Origin: a virus
Virus genome (UHGV): UHGV-0240508
Reading direction: 5' to 3' (one strand)
DNA length: 62,967 bases
The position numbers were made by a program, and so were the translations under genes. Shown in pieces: positions 43,703 to 52,611 of the stretch; position 1 is the first letter of the stretch, and every line of letters begins with the position of its first letter. The notes beneath the pieces are model-generated. The model made no database searches. It was not told where the DNA came from and saw only the letters and a program-made list of their open reading frames with translations.

Positions 43703-44668
43703 TTATGCGCGTCCGGCGGCACGGAGCCGCGCAACTTGTTCTCGGTATTGGTCATGTGTCAACTGCCCGGTCTGGAACAGGTCGAGCAAGTCGCGGAGCG
43801 TGTACTGGGGAGCGTCCGCCTCGGTATTGACCGCCGCGCCGCTGGCAGTCTGAATAGGAGCTACAGTCATGACGGATTCGGGAGAAGCCGTCTGCTGCTT
43901 CAATTGGGTCAGCAGGTCGATAACAAACGCAGTGTTCCCGCGCTTGTACTCGGCGGCTGCGAATTGATCTCGCGTCATGTTGCTATGAGGAGCAATCGGC
44001 TGGCTCATGAATTCGCGATAGGCAGGCGTATTCTGCAACTCGAAAAAGTCGGGATGCACCCGAGTAATTTCCCTGTTGCGCGCGTCCACATCGCGCTGCA
44101 AAAGCGCATATTCCCGGCGCTGCGCTTCCTCGGCAATCTGCCTGCGCTGCGCTTCGAGGTCCTGCTCCAGCCGTCCGACGAGGTTCGTCTTCGTAGCGCT
44201 CAGAACAGCCTTTGCGATTCGTTCGGCGTCTTCCCTGTCGATGGACTGTAGGTCGTCCAACGGCAAGGTCTTAAGCACATCGTCCACTTCCTTGCTGGAC
44301 AGATTGGCACGCATCTGCTCCTGTTCAGCAAGCAGACTGCGGATAGCCTCTTCCTGCTTCGCGTTACGTTCCGCGAGCGCCCGGCGTTCTTCTTCAAGCC
44401 GCTGGAGGACCAGAGGGTCCACATACGGCGTAGGGGCAGGCTGTACAGTTGCTTGAACGGGCGGTTGCTGTACAGGCTGATAGACGGGCTGCTGCGCCGG
44501 TTCCACAGGCGTGGCGGCCGTCTGCGGCGTTGACGCGGCATCAGGTGCCGGGGAAGAGGTAGTATTCGCGTTCGTGTCTTCGACAGGTTCCTGCATACGC
44601 ACCTTGTTGGGATTGTACGGAGGAGTTCTGAATGCCGCCGGAATCTTGGAGACTGCCTGCTGGCTCAT
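43703..44668 (-). CDS. scaffolding protein (putative)
   Basis: Pro/Ala/Gln-rich N-terminus, then charged coiled-coil (LQRLEEERRALAERNAKQEEAIRSLLAEQEQMRANL). Lies upstream of the capsid gene. Confidence 0.55.
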   Translation of the reverse strand: MSQQAVSKIPAAFRTPPYNPNKVRMQEPVEDTNANTTSSPAPDAASTPQTAATPVEPAQQPVYQPVQQPPVQATVQPAPTPYVDPLVLQRLEEERRALAERNAKQEEAIRSLLAEQEQMRANLSSKEVDDVLKTLPLDDLQSIDREDAERIAKAVLSATKTNLVGRLEQDLEAQRRQIAEEAQRREYALLQRDVDARNREITRVHPDFFELQNTPAYREFMSQPIAPHSNMTRDQFAAAEYKRGNTAFVIDLLTQLKQQTASPESVMTVAPIQTASGAAVNTEADAPQYTLRDLLDLFQTGQLTHDQYREQVARLRAAGRA

Positions 44669-44676
44669 GTTCGCTC

Positions 44677-44946
44677 CTATTGTTTGAACTTCTTCATGAA
44701 CTGCACAAGGTCCTGATAAGCCGCCGCACGCCCCAACTGCCGCTGCGCAAGCGGTGTGGTCTCCGTATGGAGAAGCGCGTTCAATGCGGTCTTCTCGGCC
44801 AGTGCCTGTTCGTATTTCGCGACGGAGTCAAAATACTCCATCAACTCGTCATAAACGCCCGATGCGGCCATCACAGCCATCAGGCGGTTTACACGGTCCT
44901 TATCGTCCGGAGTTGGGTACATAACGCAATCCGCTGATGGTATCAC
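44677..44946 (-). CDS. hypothetical protein (89 aa); start uncertain
   Basis: ORF. Overlaps the small repeat-containing ORF upstream. Confidence 0.45.
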   Translation of the reverse strand: MIPSADCVMYPTPDDKDRVNRLMAVMAASGVYDELMEYFDSVAKYEQALAEKTALNALLHTETTPLAQRQLGRAAAYQDLVQFMKKFKQ

Positions 44947-45091
44947 GAAGCGGCGAATGCACCGTAGGCTTGCCGGAAGTCACCACCGTAGGAGCGCCCG
45001 GACGCGGCGTATTGCCGCCCGGCCTGCCGGAAGTCACCACCGTAGGCGCTCCGGTACCGCGATTGTTGTTTCCACAACGACCACATGCCAT
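44900..45091 (-). CDS. 63-aa Gly/Pro/Thr-rich peptide with internal peptide repeat (GAPTVVTSG R/K P x2), encoded across a 22-bp perfect direct repeat
   Basis: AAAGGAG seven nt before ATG 45091. Direct repeat tgccggaagtcaccaccgtagg at 44971-44992 and 45025-45046. Confidence 0.35.
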   Translation of the reverse strand: MACGRCGNNNRGTGAPTVVTSGRPGGNTPRPGAPTVVTSGKPTVHSPLRDTISGLRYVPNSGR

Positions 45092-45303
45092 TACGCATCT
45101 CCTTTGTATCTGAGCCCCATCATGGACTCATAGATATGTCCCGATGCGGGATTCATCCGCCGTCGGGTGTCGCGCATCTGCCGCTCGAAATCCTGCTGGA
45201 AAAGGATAGCCTGCGTACGCGCGTCTTTCGGCGCTTCAGACTTCTTCTCCATAACAGGTTCCTTCTTTTTCGATGACATAGGAAAACTCCTTACCCACTT
45301 CAC
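45091..45303 (-). CDS. hypothetical protein (70 aa)
   Basis: ORF in the operon. Confidence 0.45.
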   Translation of the reverse strand: MKWVRSFPMSSKKKEPVMEKKSEAPKDARTQAILFQQDFERQMRDTRRRMNPASGHIYESMMGLRYKGDA

Positions 45304-45689
45304 GCTTTAGAACGGAATACCGGGGCACACAATCCGTCCTTGCGCATCTCCCAAGCGTCCGGTTCACCGAGCAGGAAAGTGCGCTGGCCGACCACCGTAG
45401 TAGGCAGCTCTTCGCCACTGGAAGACCTCACAGGCTCCGCACCGTACACAGCACCATGCGCATTGTGGATGGCCGCGGCCAACGATTTGAGCTGCGCCGA
45501 AGAAAGCTTCGCAAGTGCTTCCGCAATAACGACAGCGGAAGCCGCATCGATGCTGGCCAGCATCTCAATCGAACTTGCGGTAATCGTCGAAGCCTGAACG
45601 GTAGAGTTTACAATTTGCGAGTTGGTGACGGAAGACTCGTCAATCACGCCGCCTCTCGCAAATTCAAGAGAACAACAAGAATCGCTCAT
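45300..45689 (-). CDS. hypothetical head-module protein (129 aa)
   Basis: ORF with ATGA overlap. Confidence 0.5.
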   Translation of the reverse strand: MSDSCCSLEFARGGVIDESSVTNSQIVNSTVQASTITASSIEMLASIDAASAVVIAEALAKLSSAQLKSLAAAIHNAHGAVYGAEPVRSSSGEELPTTVVGQRTFLLGEPDAWEMRKDGLCAPVFRSKA

Positions 45690-45698
45690 CGGAATCTC

Positions 45699-46145
45699 CT
45701 AGGAGAAGAAAAGGTCCTTGACGTGCGGCGGGAACGCATCAGCGTCGAACATCTCGGCGTAGACCTGTACCTTGCCGATGGCCGTTACGTCATTCAATTC
45801 CATACGATAGCTTCCCGGCACCCCAATGATGCCGAGATTATTACACCGTGTCAACTGCCAGCACGAATGAATGGACGTCACCACTTGGTCGACAATTTTA
45901 TTTTCCTGTATGTCGCTCATGCGGAAAACCCAATCACAGGCCGTAGGCTTCAACAACGGTATGTAGTCGAAAATCAGACGCCGGATACAGACTGCCTGCG
46001 ACGACACGATTTCCTTCTGGTCCGCCCGCACCTTATGCTTGGCAAGACCGCTTACAAAAAGAACACAGACCTTTCGCGGCGCGACGTCGAAAACGCTGGA
46101 AAAAACCGTATCGTTCGTCGCTTCATAAAGAGGAACAGCACTCAT
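45699..46145 (-). CDS. hypothetical protein (148 aa)
   Basis: ORF in the operon. Confidence 0.5.
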   Translation of the reverse strand: MSAVPLYEATNDTVFSSVFDVAPRKVCVLFVSGLAKHKVRADQKEIVSSQAVCIRRLIFDYIPLLKPTACDWVFRMSDIQENKIVDQVVTSIHSCWQLTRCNNLGIIGVPGSYRMELNDVTAIGKVQVYAEMFDADAFPPHVKDLFFS

Positions 46146-46399
46146 AGGAAACTCCCGAAAATGAAACCGATTACCGCTCCATACAACACACCGCGCACCG
46201 CATTACAGCACACGCAACCATTCTGCTTGAAAGGAAAAAGCCAATGAGAATACAACCAGTTATAGATAGTATTCTCGGGCTTTTCTATCTCAGTGCCATA
46301 ATAGTAGCCTTCACAGAAATTGATATGATCTACGAAGAATGCGCAGAATTTATAGAACCACGTCCCTTTCTGCGGCTTCGGCGTATCCCACAACATCAC
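46142..46399 (-). CDS. small protein (85 aa) with C-terminal hydrophobic helix
   Basis: ORF with ATGA overlaps on both sides. Confidence 0.4.
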   Translation of the reverse strand: MMLWDTPKPQKGTWFYKFCAFFVDHINFCEGYYYGTEIEKPENTIYNWLYSHWLFPFKQNGCVCCNAVRGVLYGAVIGFIFGSFL

Positions 46400-48387
46400 G
46401 ATTCGCCTCCATCCACATCCGCCATAACACCTTCTCCTTCCGGAGATGGTGGCGCGGGATTCGGGTCAGGACCCGCCGTCACGCCAGTTACTCCAGCTCC
46501 GGAGGGCGTCGGCGCGCCAGTCGCACTAATGACATCATCCGGCACACCCATACTGCCCAAAAGCTTCTTCAAACTCCATGCAAGCACAGGTGCGACATTG
46601 ATAACGCCGTTCAATGAAGCTCCGGCAGAACCGACAAGCTGCAATATCTCCATCGCGCTCTGCTTCTCCATCTCTTTCTGAAGAAGCCCTTCCGCGCCTT
46701 TCGTGATAATCTGCGAATCGCCCTTAACGTCTTTATCCTGTGAATACAACATGTTGTAATTATACAGGAGCGTTCCGAGCGGTTCAAACACATCCGTCGT
46801 CAGATTACTTACAGCCGCGTGGAAAGCCTTCGTCGCGTTCCCCTGCAACATAGACATCCCACGGAAAGTGCGCATCGCGCCAGACCCCACCGCTTCGCCA
46901 TGCAGTGCCGCCGGGATGTTCGTCACCCGGTCACCGATCTGCATGAACATCTCCATCAGCTGCATGTACGCGGGGATATTCGAAGGAATATTGAAAAAAC
47001 GGAGCGCAGGCTGCTGCTGGTTGCTCACATCGCTATCGGCCAAATACATCATGCCCGGCACCACATTGCCGAAATCGCCCTCGGACATGTGCTTGATGAG
47101 CCGGTTGTAATCAGCTTCACAGAGCGGTGCAGAAGCGTTCGCCGCGTTGCGCATAAGATACCGCAAGCTGGCCTGATAAGCGCGCTCTACATCCCGTAGA
47201 CGCTGCGCAATGCCGTCACCGGCAATGCGGTCGCCGTTCGTCCGGTAAAAACTTGTGGTGTAAATGGGACGAGTGTCCATTCTCGGGTCCCGATTCACCT
47301 TAACCATGATGACCTTATGCCCGGCCATCGCAATCTCGCAGTTATAGAACTCGTCGTCGTCAAGTCCGGTCAGTTCATAATTGGACAACTCCCGCCCGGA
47401 GAGTACACCGTAATGCGTGAGTACCTCGATGGGCGAAACGTTGGAACTCCACAGAGAAAGATTCCGCTGCGGGGAATCGGGAGCGCGACTGAGCCACTGG
47501 AGATTGAAGTCAACGTTGCTGTCGCAATCTTTCAACAAATCCAGCACGTTCTTCGTTATGTATGAGGGAAGCTTGGTCGCGTCCAAAAGCTGACGCCGCG
47601 TCCAGAGCGTCCTTGTAAAAACACAGGAACCGCGCTGCGTGTCAGGCGAATCAGGAGAATAGCAGAAATCGAACGGACTGACCGCACGAAAAGCGGGAAA
47701 GACCTCCGTGCTCATACGTGGCTTATGTCTGCCCCAAATAAGCTTCGGTGCTCGTACGATGTAAGGTCCGGTAAAAACAGCGAAGGGATAAACCGTAAAA
47801 TACTGAAGAAAATCATTCAACGCCCGATTGAAACCGCCCTCGGCACATTGGTCCTCGATGAGGTACATCATGGCCGTGGCCGATCTCTCGGCCTTTTCCT
47901 GCTCTTTGCGCGCCTGCAACCGCTTCAATTGCTGAATGCCTGCAATCATACTCGGGCCGTCCATATACTGCCCGGAAAAGAACTCACGCTTGAGCTCATC
48001 AAGGACCGCATCCTGCGCATCAGGAGACAACGTTGGACGCGGCGTAGGCCGGATGACCCACGGCAGCTCGGAACTCCCTCCAATAAGGGAACCACGCAGA
48101 TACGCCATCGCCGTGCCGGTCTTCAAAGCCGTCATGTTGATAACGGCATCGACGCCCAAAGTAGCAGCCACTTCCTTGTCCGCGCAGGAAAGCACACCAT
48201 TCTGCTGTTGCCAGCATTCTTCGAGCACCGTGCGCAGGCTCTTACCATTCACCTGTTCGCTGGACTGCCACGAGACGGCACCGTTGAAACGACGCAAAAC
48301 TTCCCGCGCCAACGGATCTTCAGCCTTGGCCGGAATATCTTCAATCTCTTGCAACCACTTGATGCTATCGATGCTTTCGTCGCTCAT
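46396..48387 (-). CDS. portal protein (putative)
   Basis: 663-aa ORF immediately downstream of the large terminase. Size and position typical of portals. Confidence 0.6.
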   Translation of the reverse strand: MSDESIDSIKWLQEIEDIPAKAEDPLAREVLRRFNGAVSWQSSEQVNGKSLRTVLEECWQQQNGVLSCADKEVAATLGVDAVINMTALKTGTAMAYLRGSLIGGSSELPWVIRPTPRPTLSPDAQDAVLDELKREFFSGQYMDGPSMIAGIQQLKRLQARKEQEKAERSATAMMYLIEDQCAEGGFNRALNDFLQYFTVYPFAVFTGPYIVRAPKLIWGRHKPRMSTEVFPAFRAVSPFDFCYSPDSPDTQRGSCVFTRTLWTRRQLLDATKLPSYITKNVLDLLKDCDSNVDFNLQWLSRAPDSPQRNLSLWSSNVSPIEVLTHYGVLSGRELSNYELTGLDDDEFYNCEIAMAGHKVIMVKVNRDPRMDTRPIYTTSFYRTNGDRIAGDGIAQRLRDVERAYQASLRYLMRNAANASAPLCEADYNRLIKHMSEGDFGNVVPGMMYLADSDVSNQQQPALRFFNIPSNIPAYMQLMEMFMQIGDRVTNIPAALHGEAVGSGAMRTFRGMSMLQGNATKAFHAAVSNLTTDVFEPLGTLLYNYNMLYSQDKDVKGDSQIITKGAEGLLQKEMEKQSAMEILQLVGSAGASLNGVINVAPVLAWSLKKLLGSMGVPDDVISATGAPTPSGAGVTGVTAGPDPNPAPPSPEGEGVMADVDGGES

Positions 48388-48395
48388 GATGCCGC

Positions 48396-49895
48396 CTAAA
48401 GAATTTTGCTGAGGACTCTACGCTTGCTCTGAATACTTTCAGATAGCCGTTGCACTTGCCTTGAATCAGTCCTCTGTCCTTGGTTTATAAGTAAAGCCGC
48501 GTATTGTAAAGCATCATGGACGTGGGAAACCTCATTTTTCTCGGGCGACGGCGTATAAGCTTCTCCCGCCGACCCGGACGCCCGAAGCTTCCTATAACGA
48601 TATTCATGTTGAAAGCCTTTAACCAACAGCTTGCATGTCGGATTCACAAGCAACCCACCGGTATCTACATTCAACATATGCTCCACGACCTGAATACGCA
48701 ATTTGGGGCTGTTCGATATCTCCGTCACCGCAACAATACCCAATTCCTCAAGCCTGCGCTTCGGCGTGATCGCCTGCCACGAATCACGAGTATTGCTCGG
48801 GTCAATGGCCGCTACGACTTCATTGGTCGAGTACTTGGTGCGCAGAAGCGGTACAAGCATCCCATAGAGGAAATTCTCAAGCCCTTCGCCGTCGGCGTAA
48901 AGCTCGTCAAGCACGCACCACTTGCCATTTTGATTCTGCAAGATGACGGCGGCCGGATGAATGCCGGACTGGTCCATGCCGATGATGACATTATGGAATG
49001 CCAGCGGCTGTATCTCGACGTCCGCCACATGTTTGCCCGTACGAAAATCAGGATAGACAGGCTTGCCATCAATGATGGGCACGTCCAACATGCAATATAG
49101 ATTATCGACGACGTCCGTCCGCCCCTGCTTGAGCCATGACCGAATCTGGTTGTCGTAATACCGCATCCCACGAGACTCGGCTGGGAAGTCTTCAGGATCG
49201 CCCGGTTCCTTCGAACCGAGATTACGAAGATTCTCCGCATTCGGATTCATCTCGTATCGAGTTCCGTTCTCATCGGAAATCTTGAACGCGGCTGGAGGCT
49301 GCCGGAAAAGCTTCCAATTGTCCTCCGGATTGTTCATGTACTCATAAAGCCACGACCCCGATTCCGGCATATTGAAATCCATGATGACGCCGCCCCACGA
49401 GATGCCGCCCATATCCGCAGGAGGAAAACGCCCGACACGAGCAAGGACGAACGACATGACTTCCGGGCAGATACTCGTCGCTTCGTTAATCCATGCGAAT
49501 GTCCAGTTCAACGACCGGACGCGGGGCTCGTCCTGCGGCGTGCGCAACGCGAGAAGCTGGAGCTCCAGATTGACCGTGGTACCGTCAGCTAAAGGAAACC
49601 GATAGACGCCCATCATGGGCGACCCGGCCATGTTGATATCGCCGTATCCCTGCGGCATGACTTCAACAAGCGACCGCCGCGTGGTTGAGAGCAGTTCCGG
49701 ATACGTCGAACGGACGATGCCCGCCCGTGAATACCGTACGCCATCAGGCGCTGGGGCCTGCGCGCAGGCGTAAGTCAGAACATCCACAGCGCAACAGCAG
49801 GACTTGCCGGAACCAAAAGGCCCGCACAGCATCTTCACTTTGGCGTCGCACTCGTGGAATTCTTTCCCCGTAGGGGACATGACATAGTTAAACAT
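48396..49895 (-). CDS. terL: terminase large subunit
   Basis: Walker A GPFGSGKS near the N-terminus. C-terminal nuclease-like acidic motifs (IIGMDQSG; HVHDAL). Confidence 0.9.
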   Translation of the reverse strand: MFNYVMSPTGKEFHECDAKVKMLCGPFGSGKSCCCAVDVLTYACAQAPAPDGVRYSRAGIVRSTYPELLSTTRRSLVEVMPQGYGDINMAGSPMMGVYRFPLADGTTVNLELQLLALRTPQDEPRVRSLNWTFAWINEATSICPEVMSFVLARVGRFPPADMGGISWGGVIMDFNMPESGSWLYEYMNNPEDNWKLFRQPPAAFKISDENGTRYEMNPNAENLRNLGSKEPGDPEDFPAESRGMRYYDNQIRSWLKQGRTDVVDNLYCMLDVPIIDGKPVYPDFRTGKHVADVEIQPLAFHNVIIGMDQSGIHPAAVILQNQNGKWCVLDELYADGEGLENFLYGMLVPLLRTKYSTNEVVAAIDPSNTRDSWQAITPKRRLEELGIVAVTEISNSPKLRIQVVEHMLNVDTGGLLVNPTCKLLVKGFQHEYRYRKLRASGSAGEAYTPSPEKNEVSHVHDALQYAALLINQGQRTDSRQVQRLSESIQSKRRVLSKIL

Positions 49896-50361
49896 CCGTG
49901 GCCCCCTCCACTACCTTGAGGTGGTCGAGCTTCGGATTACTGAGGCCCTGCGGCACGGGAAGATTCACACCAACGTTTGTCTGCACATTGACCGTGGCTT
50001 CCTTGCCTTCATTCATCAACCCGCTCGACTTCAGCAAAAGTTCAAGAAGTTTCAATGCTTCCTTCGCCTCTATCGCACCGCTGATGGCTTGCGTATAAAG
50101 ATGCTCGGAAAGCGCTTGCGCGAGCGTCTGCGAACGATAAACATGCGCCGCCTTGTTGCCGAGCGCACGCATGTCCTGCATGGCCGTCTTGACCATGACC
50201 TGAAATTTGGGAGTAGTCAAAAGCCGACAAAGCGTCGGCTCATCTATATCGTAAGCAGAAAAAATCTGCGAAAGGTCTGTAATGGGAGAACTCGGCGCAT
50301 TCATAATCGCCAAGTCCTGTGCCAAGGAAGGCCACCGCGCAGGCGACAACGAATTCTGCAT
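49888..50361 (-). CDS. terminase small subunit candidate (158 aa)
   Basis: Immediately upstream of terL. Start set at ATG 50361, which has AAGGAGG five nt upstream. Assigned by position only. Confidence 0.4.
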   Translation of the reverse strand: MQNSLSPARWPSLAQDLAIMNAPSSPITDLSQIFSAYDIDEPTLCRLLTTPKFQVMVKTAMQDMRALGNKAAHVYRSQTLAQALSEHLYTQAISGAIEAKEALKLLELLLKSSGLMNEGKEATVNVQTNVGVNLPVPQGLSNPKLDHLKVVEGATDV

Positions 50362-50371
50362 AGCTGCCTCC

Positions 50372-50617
50372 TTACTGCTGCGGCTCAGAATCGTCCGCCT
50401 CGCTCGCCAGTACGATGGTAAGAAGCTGCGCACACAGCGTCTCAAGTACGGATACCGGGACATGCTGCCCCCGAACTACCGAAGCCGCCCAAGGCATCGC
50501 GCCTTTCACGGCAACAGAGAGCAGTTCGGGGGCAGTCTGAAACTGGCGGTCGTATTGCTTGGCCCTTTTCAACAGACGCTTCGTTACGTCGAATTCCGTT
50601 TCAGTCGACCAACTCAT
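50372..50617 (-). CDS. small hypothetical protein (81 aa)
   Basis: ORF in the operon. Confidence 0.4.
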   Translation of the reverse strand: MSWSTETEFDVTKRLLKRAKQYDRQFQTAPELLSVAVKGAMPWAASVVRGQHVPVSVLETLCAQLLTIVLASEADDSEPQQ

Positions 50618-51114
50618 GATTCATTCCCCTCCGAAGCTTGTTCCGGCTCGGTGGCCGCACAGAGAAGGTCATGCCCCCATGTGCGATCCACAATTTCATC
50701 CTGCTTCTTGCTCTCTTCGTACGCCTGCCCAATCAGCAGATTAAACAGCGTCTGCGCCCGGCTGCCTTCAGTTCCGAAAACAGGCTCGGCCACATAATAG
50801 AGAAGCTCGGCAGGCTTGATCTGTGCAAGGCCGGCAATCGGCTGCGGATAAATACGTACCCCCAACAACATCCTGTCCATCGCCACCACATCCCCATTCT
50901 GGGGCTGCGCCGGAATGACGATATTCAATGTCGCCAGATAGAAGGGGTTATCCTGCCCCGACAGCTTCACGGCATCACACGTATACCGTATGACTTTCGA
51001 ATGGCTGAGGTCCGGCTTCACCATCACAGGATTCGCCGGGTCGTATATGAGACGCCACTTCATGTTCTCAAACACGAGCTCGGATGGGAAAATCTGTCTG
51101 TATTCAGAGGCCAT
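50614..51114 (-). CDS. hypothetical protein (166 aa)
   Basis: ORF with ATGA overlap. Confidence 0.5.
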   Translation of the reverse strand: MASEYRQIFPSELVFENMKWRLIYDPANPVMVKPDLSHSKVIRYTCDAVKLSGQDNPFYLATLNIVIPAQPQNGDVVAMDRMLLGVRIYPQPIAGLAQIKPAELLYYVAEPVFGTEGSRAQTLFNLLIGQAYEESKKQDEIVDRTWGHDLLCAATEPEQASEGNES

Positions 51115-51138
51115 AGCATACGCTCCTTATGCTCAGGC

Positions 51139-51717
51139 TTACTTTTCGGCGCAGAACATCATGACTGCCGCCAGAGTATGCGTCGCTTCCTTCAGGAAAT
51201 GCTCCACACTCTCCGCCTTTTCAATAGCAGTCATGAACTCTTTACCTTCCATGCGGATGATGTCCGCAATCTTGCCTTCCTTGAGATACTTATCCCATGT
51301 CTTGGGAGGATTTTCGACGACTTCGGCAGCATCGAGGATAAGTTCGGGCATGATGCGTTCGGCCCCGGCGACGACTTCTTCAAGTCCTTTGTCGCGTTTG
51401 GAACCACCCTTGCCCATACGTTCAAGCTGCTCGCTGAGCCGCTTGATTTCGTGCTTGAGATGCTCGACCGTTTCATCTTGGCGTCCGCCGCCTTCGTGAG
51501 CACGCAAATACCCAAGCTGACGAGGTTCATTGCGTCCTTCATCATCGACGAACCGCATGGTGTCTTCGGGGGAATACCCGCCGCTACGCATGAAATTGCG
51601 GCCTTCGCCTCGACTCTCGTACTGAGATTCGTTGCGGGGTTCTCCCCGCCGCGACTCATCCCGGCTACCTCCTCCGCCGCCATTCTTGCCCCGTGAAATC
51701 ACAAGACTGATAGGCAT
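51139..51717 (-). CDS. hypothetical protein (192 aa); Gly/Arg/Glu-rich N-terminus
   Basis: ORF in the operon. Confidence 0.5.
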   Translation of the reverse strand: MPISLVISRGKNGGGGGSRDESRRGEPRNESQYESRGEGRNFMRSGGYSPEDTMRFVDDEGRNEPRQLGYLRAHEGGGRQDETVEHLKHEIKRLSEQLERMGKGGSKRDKGLEEVVAGAERIMPELILDAAEVVENPPKTWDKYLKEGKIADIIRMEGKEFMTAIEKAESVEHFLKEATHTLAAVMMFCAEK

Positions 51718-51740
51718 GTGCTTCTCCTTAAAGAGAGGAT

Positions 51741-52550
51741 TTAGGCGGATGCACCGCCAGAGGAGGCCGGCGTGCGGTCACGAAGCGCTGCGAGAATGAG
51801 CGCGGTCTGGCCCTGCATTTCATTGCGGGTCTGCTGCGCATTGCCTGCGGCAAGAGCGGTATTGAACTGGAAGGCTTCAAGCTGAGCGATCTTGGCATCC
51901 TTGGCCGCAGATTCACGGAGAAGCTGTTCGCGGTCAAGCTGGCTGATAAGCGCACGGGTCTTGTCCTGTTCGTCACGGATGGTGGCACGAGTGGCGCACC
52001 CTTCAGCAAGAATGACTTCGCGGGTCTGGCAGCCCTGCCGTTCGATGTTTGCATTGGTCGTGCAGCAGCAGTCTTTCTGGGAACTCACGATATCGAAGGT
52101 ATTCCTCATGCCCTGCATCTCGACGGCATGAACGGCATTGAGCTGAGCAATCGTGTTGTCCTTCTGCTGAATCTGGCCGTTCAGACCGGTCGTCAGAACA
52201 GCCGCTTCCGTCCGGCACTGGCCCTGCGCCAGCTGGCTGCCAAGGTTCGCAATTTCGGTGGCGATACCACCGAATCCCTGACAAATCCCCTGCCCGATCT
52301 GCTGCGTCTGGATAAGCTGATCACGACCGATGCCGTTAACGTCGGTACGCATGGTGGTCAGCGTGTCCATGATGAACTGGTCGTTGTTGTTGCAGCAACC
52401 GCCACCGCCATTCCCGCAGCACCCGTTATTATTTCCACGCCCCCAAGCGGCACCGGCGGCACCACCGATAGCGGCACCAATAAAATCGCCCCACCAATTG
52501 TTGCCGTTATCGCCACTGTTCAGCGAATAAGAAACCGGGGGACCTTCCAT
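51741..52550 (-). CDS. Gly/Cys/Asn-rich protein with coiled-coil (269 aa)
   Basis: Segments GRGNNNGCCGNGGGGCCNNND and CCCTTNANIERQGC. Gln-rich helical regions. Confidence 0.5.
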   Translation of the reverse strand: MEGPPVSYSLNSGDNGNNWWGDFIGAAIGGAAGAAWGRGNNNGCCGNGGGGCCNNNDQFIMDTLTTMRTDVNGIGRDQLIQTQQIGQGICQGFGGIATEIANLGSQLAQGQCRTEAAVLTTGLNGQIQQKDNTIAQLNAVHAVEMQGMRNTFDIVSSQKDCCCTTNANIERQGCQTREVILAEGCATRATIRDEQDKTRALISQLDREQLLRESAAKDAKIAQLEAFQFNTALAAGNAQQTRNEMQGQTALILAALRDRTPASSGGASA

Positions 52551-52611
52551 AACTGGAAACTCCTATTTATAGGTTATTGAATATATACGCAGGTAGCAAA
52601 CAATGATCGAT

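Noticed and set aside
41357-44251. 964-aa plus-strand ORF spanning the capsid and scaffold region
   Set aside because: Antisense to three well-spaced minus-strand genes, and Arg-rich. Rejected as a GC-driven artefact. The same applies to 30646..32694 (+), 52603..54933 (+), 13397..15184 (-), 15823..17130 (-), 5954..6946 (-) and 7508..8428 (-).
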